64,000 nucleotides of DNA from Auanema rhodensis (taxonomy: Eukaryota; Animalia; Nematoda), in contig OZ059900.1 in the NCBI GenBank assembly GCA_964057225.1, positions 20,894,001 to 20,958,000 of the forward strand, read 5' to 3'. Each line of letters opens with the position of its first letter. The stretch's first letter is position 1. This document shows, piece after piece, positions 25,701 through 40,900 of this stretch. The notes under the pieces are model-generated. The model was not told where the DNA came from. It ran no database searches and saw nothing but the letters and a program-made list of their open reading frames with translations. Made by a program: the position numbers and the translations under genes.

Positions 25701-28700
25701 GACGTTGTAGGAACAATTTTGAGCTAGGTTTCATTGACATTGCATGAGTTTGAACACATGAAATCGTAAGTCAAAACCTTGTTTACAGCGAAATTTCCAA
25801 AAACTGGTTTTCCAGCATAATAAAATATTTCTCATGGGAAATACTGTGTTTTTGTATTTTTCTAGTGTTCAGCATGTAAAATGCTTCATTTTAGTATGTA
25901 ACACGCTGAAATTCGTTGCATTTGACGACTCATATGAACAAAAATCGATTTAATCAATATTAGCCATAAGGGGCGTGCCCTCAGAATATGCTAATTTCCT
26001 TAATTTTCTAACCCCTGTTTTTTTGTCGTGAAAGTGGAATTAGACGTTGTAGGAACAATTTTGAGCTAGGTTTCATTGACATTGCATGAGTTTGAACGCA
26101 TGAAATCGTAAGTCAAAACCTTGTTTACAGCGAAATTTCCAAAAACTGGTTTTCCAGCATAATAAAATATTTCTCATGGGAAATACTGTGTTTTTGTATT
26201 TTTATAGTGTTCAGCATGTAAAATGCTTCATTTTAGTATGTAACACGCTGAAATTCGTTGCATTTGACGACTCATATGAACAAAAATCGATTTAATCAAT
26301 ATTAGCCATAAGGGGCGTGCCCTCAGAATATGCTAATTTCCTTAATTTTCTAACCCCGGTTTTTTTGTCGTGAAAGTGGAATTAGACGTTGTAGGAACAA
26401 TTTTGAGCTAGGTTTCATTGACATTGCATGAGTTTGAACACATGAAATCGTAAGTCAAAACCTTGTTTACAGCGAAATTTCCAAAAACTGGTTTTCCAGC
26501 ATAATAAAATATTTCTCATGGGAAATACTGTGTTTTTGTATTTTTCTAGTGTTCAGCATGTAAAATGCTTCATTTTAGTATGTAACACGCTGAAATTCGT
26601 TGCATTTGACTACTCATATGAACAAAAATCGATTTAATCAATATTAGCCATAAGGGGCGTGCCCTCAGAATATGCTAATTTCCTTAATTTTCTAACCCCT
26701 GTTTTTTTGTCGTGAAAGTGGAACTAGACGTTGTAGGAACAATTTTGAGCTAGGTTTCATTGACATTGCATGAGTTTGAACACATGAAATCGTAAGTCAA
26801 AACCTTGTTTACAGCGAAATTTCCAAAAACTGGTTTTCCAGCATAATAAAATATTTCTCATGGGAAATACTGTGTTTTTGTATTTTTCTAGTGTTCAGCA
26901 TGTGAAATGCTTCATTTTAGTATGTAACACGCTGAAATTCGTTGCATTTGACGACTCATATGAACAAAAATCGATTTAATCAATATTAGCCATAAGGGGC
27001 GTGCCCTCAGAATATGCTAATTTCCTTAATTTTCTAACCCCGGTTTTTTTGTCGTGAAAGTGGAATTAGACGTTGTAGGAACAATTTTGAGCTAGGTTTC
27101 ATTGACATTGCATGAGTTTGAACACATGAAATCGTAAGTCAAAACCTTGTTTACAGCGAAATTTCCAAAAACTGGTTTTCCAGCATAATAAAATATTTCT
27201 CATGGGAAATACTGTGTTTTTGTATTTTTCTAGTGTTCAGCATGTAAAATGCTTCATTTTAGTATGTAACACGCTGAAATTCGTTGCATTTGACTACTCA
27301 TATGAACAAAAATCGATTTAATCAATATTAGCCATAAGGGGCGTGCCCTCAGAATATGCTAATTTCCTTAATTTTCTAACCCCTGTTTTTTTGTCGTGAA
27401 AGTGGAACTAGACGTTGTACAAACAATTTTGAGCTAGGTTTCATTGACATTGCATGACTTTGAACACATGAAATCGTAAGTCAAAACCTTGTTTACAGCG
27501 AAATTTCCAAAAACTGGTTTTCCAGCATAATAAAATATTTCTCATGAGAAATACTGTGTTTTTGTTTTTTTCTAGTGTTCAGCATGTAAAATGCTTCATT
27601 TTAGTATGTAACACGCTGAAATTCGTTGCATTTGACGACTCATATGAACAAAAATCGATTTAATCAATATTAGCCATAAGGGGCGTGCCCTCAGAATATG
27701 CTAATTTCCTTAATTTTCTAACCCCGGTTTTTTTGTCGTGAAAGTGGAACTAGACGTTGTAGGAACAATTTTGAGCTAGGTTTCATTGACATTGCATGAG
27801 TTTGAACACATGAAATCGTAAGTCAAAACCTTGTTTACAGCGAAATTTCCAAAAACTGGTTTTCCAGCATAATAAAATATTTCTCATGGGAAATACTGTG
27901 TTTTTGTATTTTTCTAGTGTTCAGCATGTAAAATGCTTCATTTTAGTATGTAACACGCTGAAATTCGTTGCATTTGACTACTCATATGAACAAAAATCGA
28001 TTTAATCAATATTAGCCATAAGGGGCGTGCCCTCAGAATATGCTAATTTCCTTAATTTTCTAACCCCTGTTTTTTTGTCGTGAAAGTGGAACTAGACGTT
28101 GTAGGAACAATTTTGAGCTAGGTTTCATTGACATTGCATGAGTTTGAACACATGAAATCGTAAGTCAAAACCTTGTTTACAGCGAAATTTCCAAAAACTG
28201 GTTTTCCAGCATAATAAAATATTTCTCATGGGAAATACTGTGTTTTTGTATTTTTCTAGTGTTCAGCATGTGAAATGCTTCATTTTAGTATGTAACACGC
28301 TGAAATTCGTTGCATTTGACTACTCATATGAACAAAAATCGATTTAATCAATATTAGCCATAAGGGGCGTGCCCTCAGAATATGCTAATTTCCTTAATTT
28401 TCTAACCCCTGTTTTTTTGTCGTGAAAGTGGAACTAGACGTTGTAGGAACAATTTTGAGCTAGGTTTCATTGACATTGCATGAGTTTGAACACATGAAAT
28501 CGTAAGTCAAAACCTTGTTTACAGCGAAATTTCCAAAAACTGGTTTTCCAGCATAATAAAATATTTCTCATGGGAAATACTGTGTTTTTGTATTTTTCTA
28601 GTGTTCAGCATGTGAAATGCTTCATTTTAGTATGTAACACGCTGAAATTCGTTGCATTTGACGACTCATATGAACAAAAATCGATTTAATCAATATTAGC

Positions 28701-31700
28701 CATAAGGGGCGTGCCCTCAGAACATGCTAATTTCCTTAATTTTCTAACCCCGGTTTTTTTGTCGTGAAAGTGGAATTAGACGTTGTAGGAACAATTTTGA
28801 GCTAGGTTTCTTTGACATTGCATGAGTTTGAACACATGAAATCGTAAGTCAAAACCTTGTTTACAGCGAAATTTCCAAAAACTGGTTTTCCAGCATAATA
28901 AAATATTTCTCATGGGAAATACTGTGTTTTTGTATTTTTCTAGTGTTCAGCATGTAAAATGTTTCATTTTAGTATGTAACACGCTGAAATTCGTTGCATT
29001 TGACGACTCATATGAACAAAAATCGATTTAATCAATATTAGCCATAAGGGGCGTGCCCTCAGAATATGCTAATTTCCTTAATTTTCTAACCCCTGTTTTT
29101 TTGTCGTGAAAGTGGAACTAGACGTTGTGGGAACAATTTTGAGCTAGGTTTCATTGACATTGCATGAGTTTGAACACATGAAATCGTAAGTCAAAACCTT
29201 GTTTACAGCGAAATTTCCAAAAACTGGTTTTCCAGCATAATAAAATATTTCTCATGGGAAATACTGTGTTTTTGTATTTTTCTAGTGTTCAGCATGTAAA
29301 ATGCTTCATTTTAGTATGTAACACGCTGAAATTCGTTGCATTTGACGACTCATATGAACAAAAATCGATTTAATCAATATTAGCCATAAGGGGCGTGCCC
29401 TCAGAATATGCTAATTTCCTTAATTTTCTAACCCCGGTTTTTTTGTCGTGAAAGTGGAATTAGACGTTGTAGGAACAATTTTGAGCTAGGTTTCATTGAC
29501 ATTGCATGAGTTTGAACACATGAAATCGTAAGTCAAAACCTTGTTTACAGCGAAATTTCCAAAAACTGGTTTTCCAGCATAATAAAATATTTCTCATGGG
29601 AAATACTGTGTTTTTGTATTTTTCTAGTGTTCAGCATGTAAAATGCTTCATTTTAGTATGTAACACGCTGAAATTCGTTGCATTTGACTACTCATATGAA
29701 CAAAAATCGATTTAATCAATATTAGCCATAAGGGGCGTGCCCTCAGAATATGCTAATTTCCTTAATTTTCTAACCCCTGTTTTTTTGTCGTGAAAGTGGA
29801 ACTAGACGTTGTAGGAACAATTTTGAGCTAGGTTTCATTGACATTGCATGAGTTTGAACACATGAAATCGTAAGTCAAAACCTTGTTTACAGCGAAATTT
29901 CCAAAAACTGGTTTTCCAGCATAATAAAATATTTCTCATGAGAAATACTGTGTTTTTGTATTTTTCTAGTGTTCAGCATGTAAAATGCTTCATTTTAGTA
30001 TGTAACACGATGAAATTCGTTGCATTTGACGACTCATATGAACAAAAATCGATTTAATCAATATTAGCCATAAGGGGCGTGCCCTCAGAATATGCTAATT
30101 TCATTAATTTTCTAACCCCTGTTTTTTTGTCGTGAAAGTGGAACTAGACGTTGTAGGAACAATTTTGAGCTAGGTTTCATTGACATTGCATGAGTTTGAA
30201 CACATGAAATCGTAAGTCAAAACCTTGTTTACAGCGAAATTTCCAAAAACTGGTTTTCCAGCATAATAAAATATTTCTCATGGGAAATACTGTGTTTTTG
30301 TATTTTTCTAGTGTTCAGCATGTAAAATGCTTCATTTTAGTATGTAACACGCTGAAATTCGTTGCATTTGACGACTCATATGAACAAAAATCGATTTAAT
30401 CAATATTAGCCATAAGGGGCGTGCCCTCAGAATATGCTAATTTCCTTAATTTTCTAACCCCTGTTTTTTTGTCGTGAAAGTGGAACTAGACGTTGTAGGA
30501 ACAATTTTGAGCTAGGTTTCATTGACATTGCATGAGTTTGAACACATGAAATCGTAAGTCAAAACCTTGTTTACAGCGAAATTTCCAAAAACTGGTTTTC
30601 CAGCATAATAAAATATTTCTCATGGGAAATACTGTGTTTTTGTATTTTTCTAGTGTTCAGCATGTAAAATGCTTCATTTTAGTATGTAACACGCTGAAAT
30701 TCGTTGCATTTGACGACTCATATGAACAAAAATCGATTTAATCAATATTAGCCATAAGGGGCGTGCCCTCAGAATATGCTAATTTCCTTAATTTTCTAAC
30801 CCCGGTTTTTTTGTCGTGAAAGTGGAATTAGACGTTGTAGGAACAATTTTGAGCTAGGTTTCATTGACATTGCATGAGTTTGAACACATGAAATCGTAAG
30901 TCAAAACCTTGTTTACAGCGAAATTTCCAAAAACTGGTTTTCCAGCATAATAAAATATTTCTCATGGGAAATACTGTGTTTTTGTATTTTTCTAGTGTTC
31001 AGCATGTAAAATGCTTCATTTTAGTATGTAACACGCTGAAATTCGTTGCATTTGACTACTCATATGAACAAAAATCGATTTAATCAATATTAGCCATAAG
31101 GGGCGTGCCCTCAGAATATGCTAATTTCCTTAATTTTCTAACCCCTGTTTTTTTGTCGTGAAAGTGGAACTAGACGTTGTACAAACAATTTTGAGCTAGG
31201 TTTCATTGACATTGCATGAGTTTGAACACATGAAATCGTAAGTCAAAACCTTGTTTACAGCGAAATTTCCAAAAACTGGTTTTCCAGCATAATAAAATAT
31301 TTCTCATGAGAAATACTGTGTTTTTGTATTTTTCTAGTGTTCAGCATGTAAAATGCTTCATTTTAGTATGTAACACGCTGAAATTCGTTGCATTTGACTA
31401 CTCATATGAACAAAAATCGATTTAATCAATATTAGCCATAAGGGGCGTGCCCTCAGAATATGCTAATTTCCTTAATTTTCTAACCCCTGTTTTTTTGTCG
31501 TGAAAGTGGAACTAGACGTTGTACAAACAATTTTGAGCTAGGTTTCATTGACATTGCATGAGTTTGAACACATGAAATCGTAAGTCAAAACCTTGTTTAC
31601 AGCGAAATTTCCAAAAACTGGTTTTCCAGCATAATAAAATATTTCTCATGAGAAATACTGTGTTTTTGTATTTTTCTAGTGTTCAGCATGTAAAATGCTT

Positions 31701-34700
31701 CATTTTAGTATGTAACACGATGAAATTCGTTGCATTTGACGACTCATATGAACAAAAATCGATTTAATCAATATTAGCCATAAGGGGCGTGCCCTCAGAA
31801 TATGCTAATTTCCTTAATTTTCTAACCCCTGTTTTTTTGTCGTGAAAGTGGAACTAGACGTTGTAGGAACAATTTTGAGCTAGGTTTCATTGACATTGCA
31901 TGAGTTTGAACACATGAAATCGTAAGTCAAAACCTTGTTTACAGCGAAATTTCCAAAAACTGGTTTTCCAGCATAATAAAATATTTCTCATGGGAAATAC
32001 TGTGTTTTTGTATTTTTCTAGTGTTCAGCATGTGAAATGCTTCATTTTAGTATGTAACACGCTGAAATTCGTTGCATTTGACGACTCATATGAACAAAAA
32101 TCGATTTAATCAATATTAGCCATAAGGGGCGTGCCCTCAGAATATGCTAATTTCCTTAATTTTCTAACCCCTGTTTTTTTGTCGTGAAAGTGGAAACAGA
32201 CGTTGTAGGAACAATTTTGAGCTAGGTTTCATTGACATTGCATGAGTTTGAACACATGAAATCGTAAGTCAAAACCTTGTTTACAGCGAAATTTCCAAAA
32301 ACTGGTTTTCCAGCATAATAAAATATTTCTCATGAGAAATACTGTGTTTTTGTATTTTTCTAGTGTTCAGCATGTAAAATGCTTCATTTTAGTATGTAAC
32401 ACGATGAAATTCGTTGCATTTGACGACTCATATGAACAAAAATCGATTTAATCAATATTAGCCATAAGGGGCGTGCCCTCAGAATATGCTAATTTCCTTA
32501 ATTTTCTAACCCCTGTTTTTTTGTCGTGAAAGTGGAACTAGACGTTGTAGGAACAATTTTGAGCTAGGTTTCATTGACATTGCATGAGTTTGAACACATG
32601 AAATCGTAAGTCAAAACCTTGTTTACAGCGAAATTTCCAAAAACTGGTTTTCCAGCATAATAAAATATTTCTCATGAGAAATACTGTGTTTTTGTATTTT
32701 TCTAGTGTTCAGCATGTAAAATGCTTCATTTTAGTATGTAACACGATGAAATTCGTTGCATTTGACGACTCATATGAACAAAAATCGATTTAATCAATAT
32801 TAGCCATAAGGGGCGTGCCCTCAGAATATGCTAATTTCATTAATTTTCTAACCCCTGTTTTTTTGTCGTGAAAGTGGAACTAGACGTTGTAGGAACAATT
32901 TTGAGCTAGGTTTCATTGACATTGCATGAGTTTGAACACATGAAATCGTAAGTCAAAACCTTGTTTACAGCGAAATTTCCAAAAACTGGTTTTCCAGCAT
33001 AATAAAATATTTCTCATGGGAAATACTGTGTTTTTGTATTTTTCTAGTGTTCAGCATGTAAAATGCTTCATTTTAGTATGTAACACGCTGAAATTCGTTG
33101 CATTTGACGACTCATATGAACAAAAATCGATTTAATCAATATTAGCCATAAGGGGCGTGCCCTCAGAATATGCTAATTTCCTTAATTTTCTAACCCCTGT
33201 TTTTTTGTCGTGAAAGTGGAACTAGACGTTGTAGGAACAATTTTGAGCTAGGTTTCATTGACATTGCATGAGTTTGAACACATGAAATCGTAAGTCAAAA
33301 CCTTGTTTACAGCGAAATTTCCAAAAACTGGTTTTCCAGCATAATAAAATATTTCTCATGGGAAATACTGTGTTTTTGTATTTTTCTAGTGTTCAGCATG
33401 TGAAATGCTTCATTTTAGTATGTAACACGCTGAAATTCGTTGCATTTGACGACTCATATGAACAAAAATCGATTTAATCAATATTAGCCATAAGGGGCGT
33501 GCCCTCAGAATATGCTAATTTCCTTAATTTTCTAACCCCGGTTTTTTTGTCGTGAAAGTGGAATTAGACGTTGTAGGAACAATTTTGAGCTAGGTTTCAT
33601 TGACATTGCATGAGTTTGAACACATGAAATCGTAAGTCAAAACCTTGTTTACAGCGAAATTTCCAAAAACTGGTTTTCCAGCATAATAAAATATTTCTCA
33701 TGGGAAATACTGTGTTTTTGTATTTTTCTAGTGTTCAGCATGTAAAATGCTTCATTTTAGTATGTAACACGCTGAAATTCGTTGCATTTGACTACTCATA
33801 TGAACAAAAATCGATTTAATCAATATTAGCCATAAGGGGCGTGCCCTCAGAATATGCTAATTTCCTTAATTTTCTAACCCCTGTTTTTTTGTCGTGAAAG
33901 TGGAACTAGACGTTGTACAAACAATTTTGAGCTAGGTTTCATTGACATTGCATGAGTTTGAACACATGAAATCGTAAGTCAAAACCTTGTTTACAGCGAA
34001 ATTTCCAAAAACTGGTTTTCCAGCATAATAAAATATTTCTCATGAGAAATACTGTGTTTTTGTATTTTTCTAGTGTTCAGCATGTAAAATGCTTCATTTT
34101 AGTATGTAACACGCTGAAATTCGTTGCATTTGACGACTCATATGAACAAAAATCGATTTAATCAATATTAGCCATAAGGGGCGTGCCCTCAGAATATGCT
34201 AATTTCCTTAATTTTCTAACCCCTGTTTTGTTGTCGTGAAAGTGGAACTAGACGTTGTAGGAACAATTTTGAGCTAGGTTTCATTGACATTGCATGAGTT
34301 TGAACACATGAAATCGTAAGTCAAAACCTTGTTTACAGCGAAATTTCCAAAAACTGGTTTTCCAGCATAATAAAATATTTCTCATGGGAAATACTGTGTT
34401 TTTGTATTTTTCTAGTGTTCAGCATGTAAAATGCTTCATTTTAGTATGTAACACGCTGAAGTTCGTTGCATTTGACGACTCATATGAACAAAAATCGATT
34501 TAATCAATATTAGCCATAAGGGGCGTGCCCTCAGAATATGCTAATTTCCTTAATTTTCTAACCCCTGTTTTTTTTGTCGTGAAAGTGGAACTAGACGTTG
34601 TAGGAACAATTTTGAGCTAGGTTTCATTGACATTGCATGAGTTTGAACACATGAAATCGTAAGTCAAAACCTTGTTTACAGCGAAATTTCCAAAAACTGG

Positions 34701-35685
34701 TTTTCCAGCATAATAAAATATTTCTCATGGGAAATACTGTGTTTTTGTATTTTTATAGTGTTCAGCATGTAAAATGCTTCATTTTAGTATGTAACACGCT
34801 GAAATTCGTTGCATTTGACGACTCATATGAACAAAAATCGATTTAATCAATATTAGCCATAAGAGGCGTGCCCTCAGAATATGATAATTTCCTTAATTTT
34901 CTAACCCCTGTTTTTTGTCGTGAAAGTGGAACTAGACGTTGTAGGAACAATTTTGAGCTAGGTTTCATTGACATTGCATGAGTTTGAACACATGAAATCG
35001 TAAGTCAAAACCTTGTTTACAGCGAAATTTCCAAAAACTGGTTTTCCAGCATAATAAAATATTTCTCATGGGAAATACTGTGTTTTTGTATTTTTATAGT
35101 GTTCAGCATGTAAAATGCTTCATTTTAGTATGTAACACGCTGAAATTCGTTGCATTTGACGACTCATATGAACAAAAATCGATTTAATCAATATTAGCCA
35201 TAAGGGGCGTGCCCTCAGAATATGCTAATTTCCTTAATTTTCTAACCCCTGTTTTTTTGTCGTGAAAGTGGAACTAGACGTTGTACGAACAATTTTGAGC
35301 TAGGTTTCATTGACATTGCATGAGTTTGAACACATGAAATCGTAAGTCAAAACCTTGTTTACAGCGAAAATTCCAAAAACTGGTTTTCCAGCATAATAAA
35401 ATATTTCTCATGGGAAATACTGTGTTTTTGTATTTTTCTAGTGTTCAGCATGTAAAATACTTCATTTTAGTATGTAACACGCTGAAATTCGTTGCATTTG
35501 ACGACTCATATGAACAAAAATCGATTTAATCAATATTAGCCATAAGGGGCGTGCCCTCAGAATATGCTAATTTGCTAAATTTTCTAACCCCTGTTTTTTT
35601 GTCGTGAAAGTGGAACCAGACGTTGTACGAACAATTTTGAGCTAGGTTTCATTGACATTGCATGAGTTTGAACACATGAAATCGT

Positions 35686-35871
35686 ATGTCAAAACCTTGT
35701 TTACAGCGAAATTTCCAAAAACTGGTTTTCCAGCATAATAAAATATTTCTCATGGGAAATACTGTGTTTTTGTATTTTTCTAGTGTTCAGCATGTAAAAT
35801 GCTTCATTTTAGTATGTAACACGCTGAAATTCGTTGCATTTGACGACTCATATGAACAAAAATCGATTTAA
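35686..35871 (+). other. Duplicate of the incidental 61-codon ORF
   Basis: Same AAG>ATG variant, linked to the same GAACCAG and TACG variants and the same neighbouring monomer types as at 16421. Confidence 0.85.
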
Positions 35872-37737
35872 TCAATATTAGCCATAAGGGGCGTGCCCTC
35901 AGAATATGCTAATTTCCTTAATTTTCTAACCCCTGTTTTTTTGTCGTGAAAGTGGAACTAGACGTTGTACGAACAATTTTGAGCTAGGTTTCATTGACAT
36001 TGCATGAGTTTGAACACATGAAATCGTAAGTCAAAACCTTGTTTACAGCGAAAATTCCAAAAACTGGTTTTCCAGCATAATAAAATATTTCTCATGGGAA
36101 ATACTGTGTTTTTGTATTTTTCTAGTGTTCAGCATGTAAAATGCTTCATTTCAGTATGTAACACGCTGAAATTCGTTGCATTTGACTACTCATATGAACA
36201 AAAATCGATTTAATCAATATTAGCCATAAGGGGCGTGCCCTCAGAATATGCTAATTTCCTTAATTTTCTAACCCCTGTTTTTTTGTCGTGAAAGTGGAAC
36301 TAGACGTTGTAGGAACAATTTTGAGCTAGGTTTCATTGACATTGCATGAGTTTGAACACATGAAATCGTAAGTCAAAAACTTGTTTACAGCGAAATTTCC
36401 AAAAACTGGTTTTCCAGCATAATAAAATATTTCTCATGGGAAATACTGTGTTTTTGTATTTTTCTAGTGTTCAGCATGTGAAATGCTTCATTTTAGTATG
36501 TAACACGCTGAAATTCGTTGCATTTGACGACTCATATGAACAAAAATCGATTTAATCAATATTAGCCATAAGGGGCGTGCCCTCAGAATATGCTAATTTC
36601 CTTAATTTTCTAACCCCTGTTTTTTTGTCGTGAAAGTGGAACTAGACGTTGTACAAACAATTTTGAGCTAGGTTTCATTGACATTGCATGAGTTTGAACA
36701 CATGAAATCGTAAGTCAAAACCTTGTTTACAGCGAAATTTCCAAAAACTGGTTTTCCAGCATAATAAAATATTTCTCATGGGAAATACTGTGTTTTTGTA
36801 TTTTTATAGTGTTCAGCATGTAAAATGCTTCATTTTAGTATGTAACACGCTGAAATTCGTTGCATTTGACGACTCATATGAACAAAAATCGATTTAATCA
36901 ATATTAGCCATAAAGGGCGTGCCCTCAGAATATGCTAATTTCCTTAATTTTCTAACCCCTGTTTTTTTGTCGTGAAAGTGGAACTAGACGTTGTACGAAC
37001 AATTTTGAGCTAGGTTTCATTGACATTGCATGAGTTTGAACACATGAAATCGTAAGTCAAAACCTTGTTTACAGCGAAAATTCCAAAAACTGGTTTTCCA
37101 GCATAATAAAATATTTCTCATGGGAAATACTGTGTTTTTGTATTTTTCTAGTGTTCAGCATGTAAAATGCTTCATTTTAGTATGTAACACGCTGAAATTC
37201 GTTGCATTTGACGACTCATATGAACAAAAATCGATTTAATCAATATTAGCCATAAGGGGCGTGCCCTCAGAATATGCTAATTTCCTTAATTTTCTAACCC
37301 CTGTTTTTTTGTCGTGAAAGTGGAACTAGACGTTGTACGAACAATTTTGAGCTAGGTTTCATTGACATTGCATGAGTTTGAACACATGAAATCGTAAGTC
37401 AAAACCTTGTTTACAGCGAAAATTCCAAAAACTGGTTTTCCAGCATAATAAAATATTTCTCATGGGAAATACTGTGTTTTTGTATTTTTCTAGTGTTCAG
37501 CATGTAAAATACTTCATTTTAGTATGTAACACGCTGAAATTCGTTGCATTTGACGACTCATATGAACAAAAATCGATTTAATCAATATTAGCCATAAGGG
37601 GCGTGCCCTCAGAATATGCTAATTTCCTAAATTTTCTAACCCCTGTTTTTTTGTCGTGAAAGTGGAACCAGACGTTGTACGAACAATTTTGAGCTAGGTT
37701 TCATTGACATTGCATGAGTTTGAACACATGAAATCGT

Positions 37738-37923
37738 ATGTCAAAACCTTGTTTACAGCGAAATTTCCAAAAACTGGTTTTCCAGCATAATAAAATATTT
37801 CTCATGGGAAATACTGTGTTTTTGTATTTTTCTAGTGTTCAGCATGTAAAATGCTTCATTTTAGTATGTAACACGCTGAAATTCGTTGCATTTGACGACT
37901 CATATGAACAAAAATCGATTTAA
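37738..37923 (+). other. Duplicate of the incidental 61-codon ORF
   Basis: Same variant monomer, 2052 bp (6 x 342) after the previous copy and 21203 bp after the first. Confidence 0.85.
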
Positions 37924-40900
37924 TCAATATTAGCCATAAGGGGCGTGCCCTCAGAATATGCTAATTTCCTTAATTTTCTAACCCCTGTTTTTTTGTCGTG
38001 AAAGTGGAACTAGACGTTGTACGAACAATTTTGAGCTAGGTTTCATTGACATTGCATGAGTTTGAACACATGAAATCGTAAGTCAAAACCTTGTTTACAG
38101 CGAAAATTCCAAAAACTGGTTTTCCAGCATAATAAAATATTTCTCATGGGAAATACTGTGTTTTTGTATTTTTCTAGTGTTCAGCATGTAAAATGCTTCA
38201 TTTCAGTATGTAACACGCTGAAATTCGTTGCATTTGACTACTCATATGAACAAAAATCGATTTAATCAATATTAGCCATAAGGGGCGTGCCCTCAGAATA
38301 TGCTAATTTCCTTAATTTTCTAACCCCTGTTTTTTTGTCGTGAAAGTGGAACTAGACGTTGTACAAACAATTTTGAGCTAGGTTTCATTGACATTGCATG
38401 AGTTTGAACACATGAAATCGTAAGTCAAAACCTTGTTTACAGCGAAATTTCCAAAAACTGGTTTTCCAGCATAATAAAATATTTCTCATGAGAAATACTG
38501 TGTTTTTGTATTTTTCTAGTGTTCAGCATGTAAAATGCTTCATTTTAGTATGTAACACGATGAAATTCGTTGCATTTGACGACTCATATGAACAAAAATC
38601 GATTTAATCAATATTAGCCATAAGGGGCGTGCCCTCAGAATATGCTGATTTCATTAATTTTCTAACCCCCGTTTTTTTGTCGTGAAAGTGGAACTAGACG
38701 TTGAAGGAACAATTTTGAGCTAGGTTTCATTGACATTGCATGAGTTTGAACACATGAAATCGTAAGTCAAAACCTTGTTTACAGCGAAATTTCCAAAAAC
38801 TGGTTTTCCAGCATAATAAAATATTTCTCATGGGAAATACTGTGTTTTTGTATTTTTCTACTGTTCAGCATGTAAAATGTTTCATTTTAGTATTTAACAC
38901 GCTGAAATTCGTTGCATTTGACGACTCATATGAACAAAAATCGATTTAATCAATATTAGCCATAAGGGGCGTGCCCTCAGAATATGCTAATTTCCTTAAT
39001 TTTCTAACCCCTGTTTTTTTGTCGTGAAAGTGGAAACAGACGTTGTACAAACAATTTTGAGCTAGGTTTCATTGACATTGCATGAGTTTGAACACATGAA
39101 ATCGTAAGTCAAAACCTTGTTTACAGCGAAATTTCCAAAAACTGGTTTTCCAGCATAATAAAATATTTCTCATGAGAAATACTGTGTTTTTGTATTTTTC
39201 TAGTGTTCAGCATATAAAATGCTTCATTTTAGTACGTAACACGATGAAATTCGTTGCATTTGTCGACTCATATGAACAAAAATCGATTTAATCAATATTA
39301 GCCATAAGGGGCGTGCCCTCAGAATATGCTAATTTCATTAATTTTCTAACCCCTGTTTTTTTGTCGTGAAAGTGGAACTAGACGTTGTAGGAACAATTTT
39401 GAGCTAGGTTTCATTGACATTGCATGAGTTTGAACACATGAAATCGTAAGTCAAAACCTTGTTTACAGCGAAATTTCCAAAAACTGGTTTTCCAGCATAA
39501 TAAAATATTTCTCATGGGAAATACTGTGTTTTTGTATTTTTCTAGTGTTCAGCATGTGAAATGCTTCATTTTAGTATGTAACACGCTGAAATTCGTTGCA
39601 TTTGACGACTCATATGAACAAAAATCGATTTAATCAATATTAGCCATAAGGGGCGTGCCCTCAGAATATGCTAATTTCCTTAATTTTCTAACCCCTGTTT
39701 TTTTGTCGTGAAAGTGGAACTAGACGTTGTACGAACAATTTTGAGCTAGGTTTCTTTGACATTGCATGAGTTTGAACACATGAAATCGTAAGTCAAAACC
39801 TTGTTTACAGCGAAATTTCCAAAAACTGGTTTTCCAGCATAATAAAATATTTCTCATGGGAAATACTGTGTTTTTGTATTTTTCTAGTGTTCAGCATGTG
39901 AAATGCTTCATTTTAGTATGTAACACGCTGAAATTCGTTGCATTTGACGACTCATATGAACAAAAATCGATTTAATCAATATTAGCCATAAGGGGCGTGC
40001 CCTCAGAATATGCTAATTTCCTTAATTTTCTAACCCCTGTTTTTTTGTCGTGAAAGTGGAACTAGACGTTGTAGGAACAATTTTGAGCTAGGTTTCATTG
40101 ACATTGCATGAGTTTGAACACATGAAATCGTAAGTCAAAACCTTGTTTACAGCGAAATTTCCAAAAACTGGTTTTCCAGCATAATAAAATATTTCTCATG
40201 GGAAATACTGTGTTTTTGTATTTTTCTAGTGTTCAGCATGTGAAATGCTTCATTTTAGTATGTAACACGCTGAAATTCGTTGCATTTGACGACTCATATG
40301 AACAAAAATCGATTTAATCAATATTAGCCATAAGGGGCGTGCCCTCAGAATATGCTAATTTCCTTAATTTTCTAACCCCTGTTTTTTTGTCGTGAAAGTG
40401 GAAACAGACGTTGTAGGAACAATTTTGAGCTAGGTTTCATTGACATTGCATGAGTTTGAACACATGAAATCGTAAGTCAAAACCTTGTTTACAGCGAAAT
40501 TTCCAAAAACTGGTTTTCCAGCATAATAAAATATTTCTCATGAGAAATACTGTGTTTTTGTATTTTTCTAGTGTTCAGCATGTAAAATGCTTCATTTTAG
40601 TATGTAACACGATGAAATTCGTTGCATTTGACGACTCATATGAACAAAAATCGATTTAATCAATATTAGCCATAAGGGGCGTGCCCTCAGAATATGCTAA
40701 TTTCATTAATTTTCTAACCCCTGTTTTTTTGTCGTGAAAGTGGAACTAGACGTTGTAGGAACAATTTTGAGCTAGGTTTCATTGACATTGCATGAGTTTG
40801 AACACATGAAATCGTAAGTCAAAACCTTGTTTACAGCGAAATTTCCAAAAACTGGTTTTCCAGCATAATAAAATATTTCTCATGGGAAATACTGTGTTTT

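Noticed and set aside
16535-37923. Three identical 61-aa ORFs as a gene family
   Set aside because: They are satellite monomers with a single AAG>ATG change. They have no gene context or recognisable domain, and their identity is explained by duplication.
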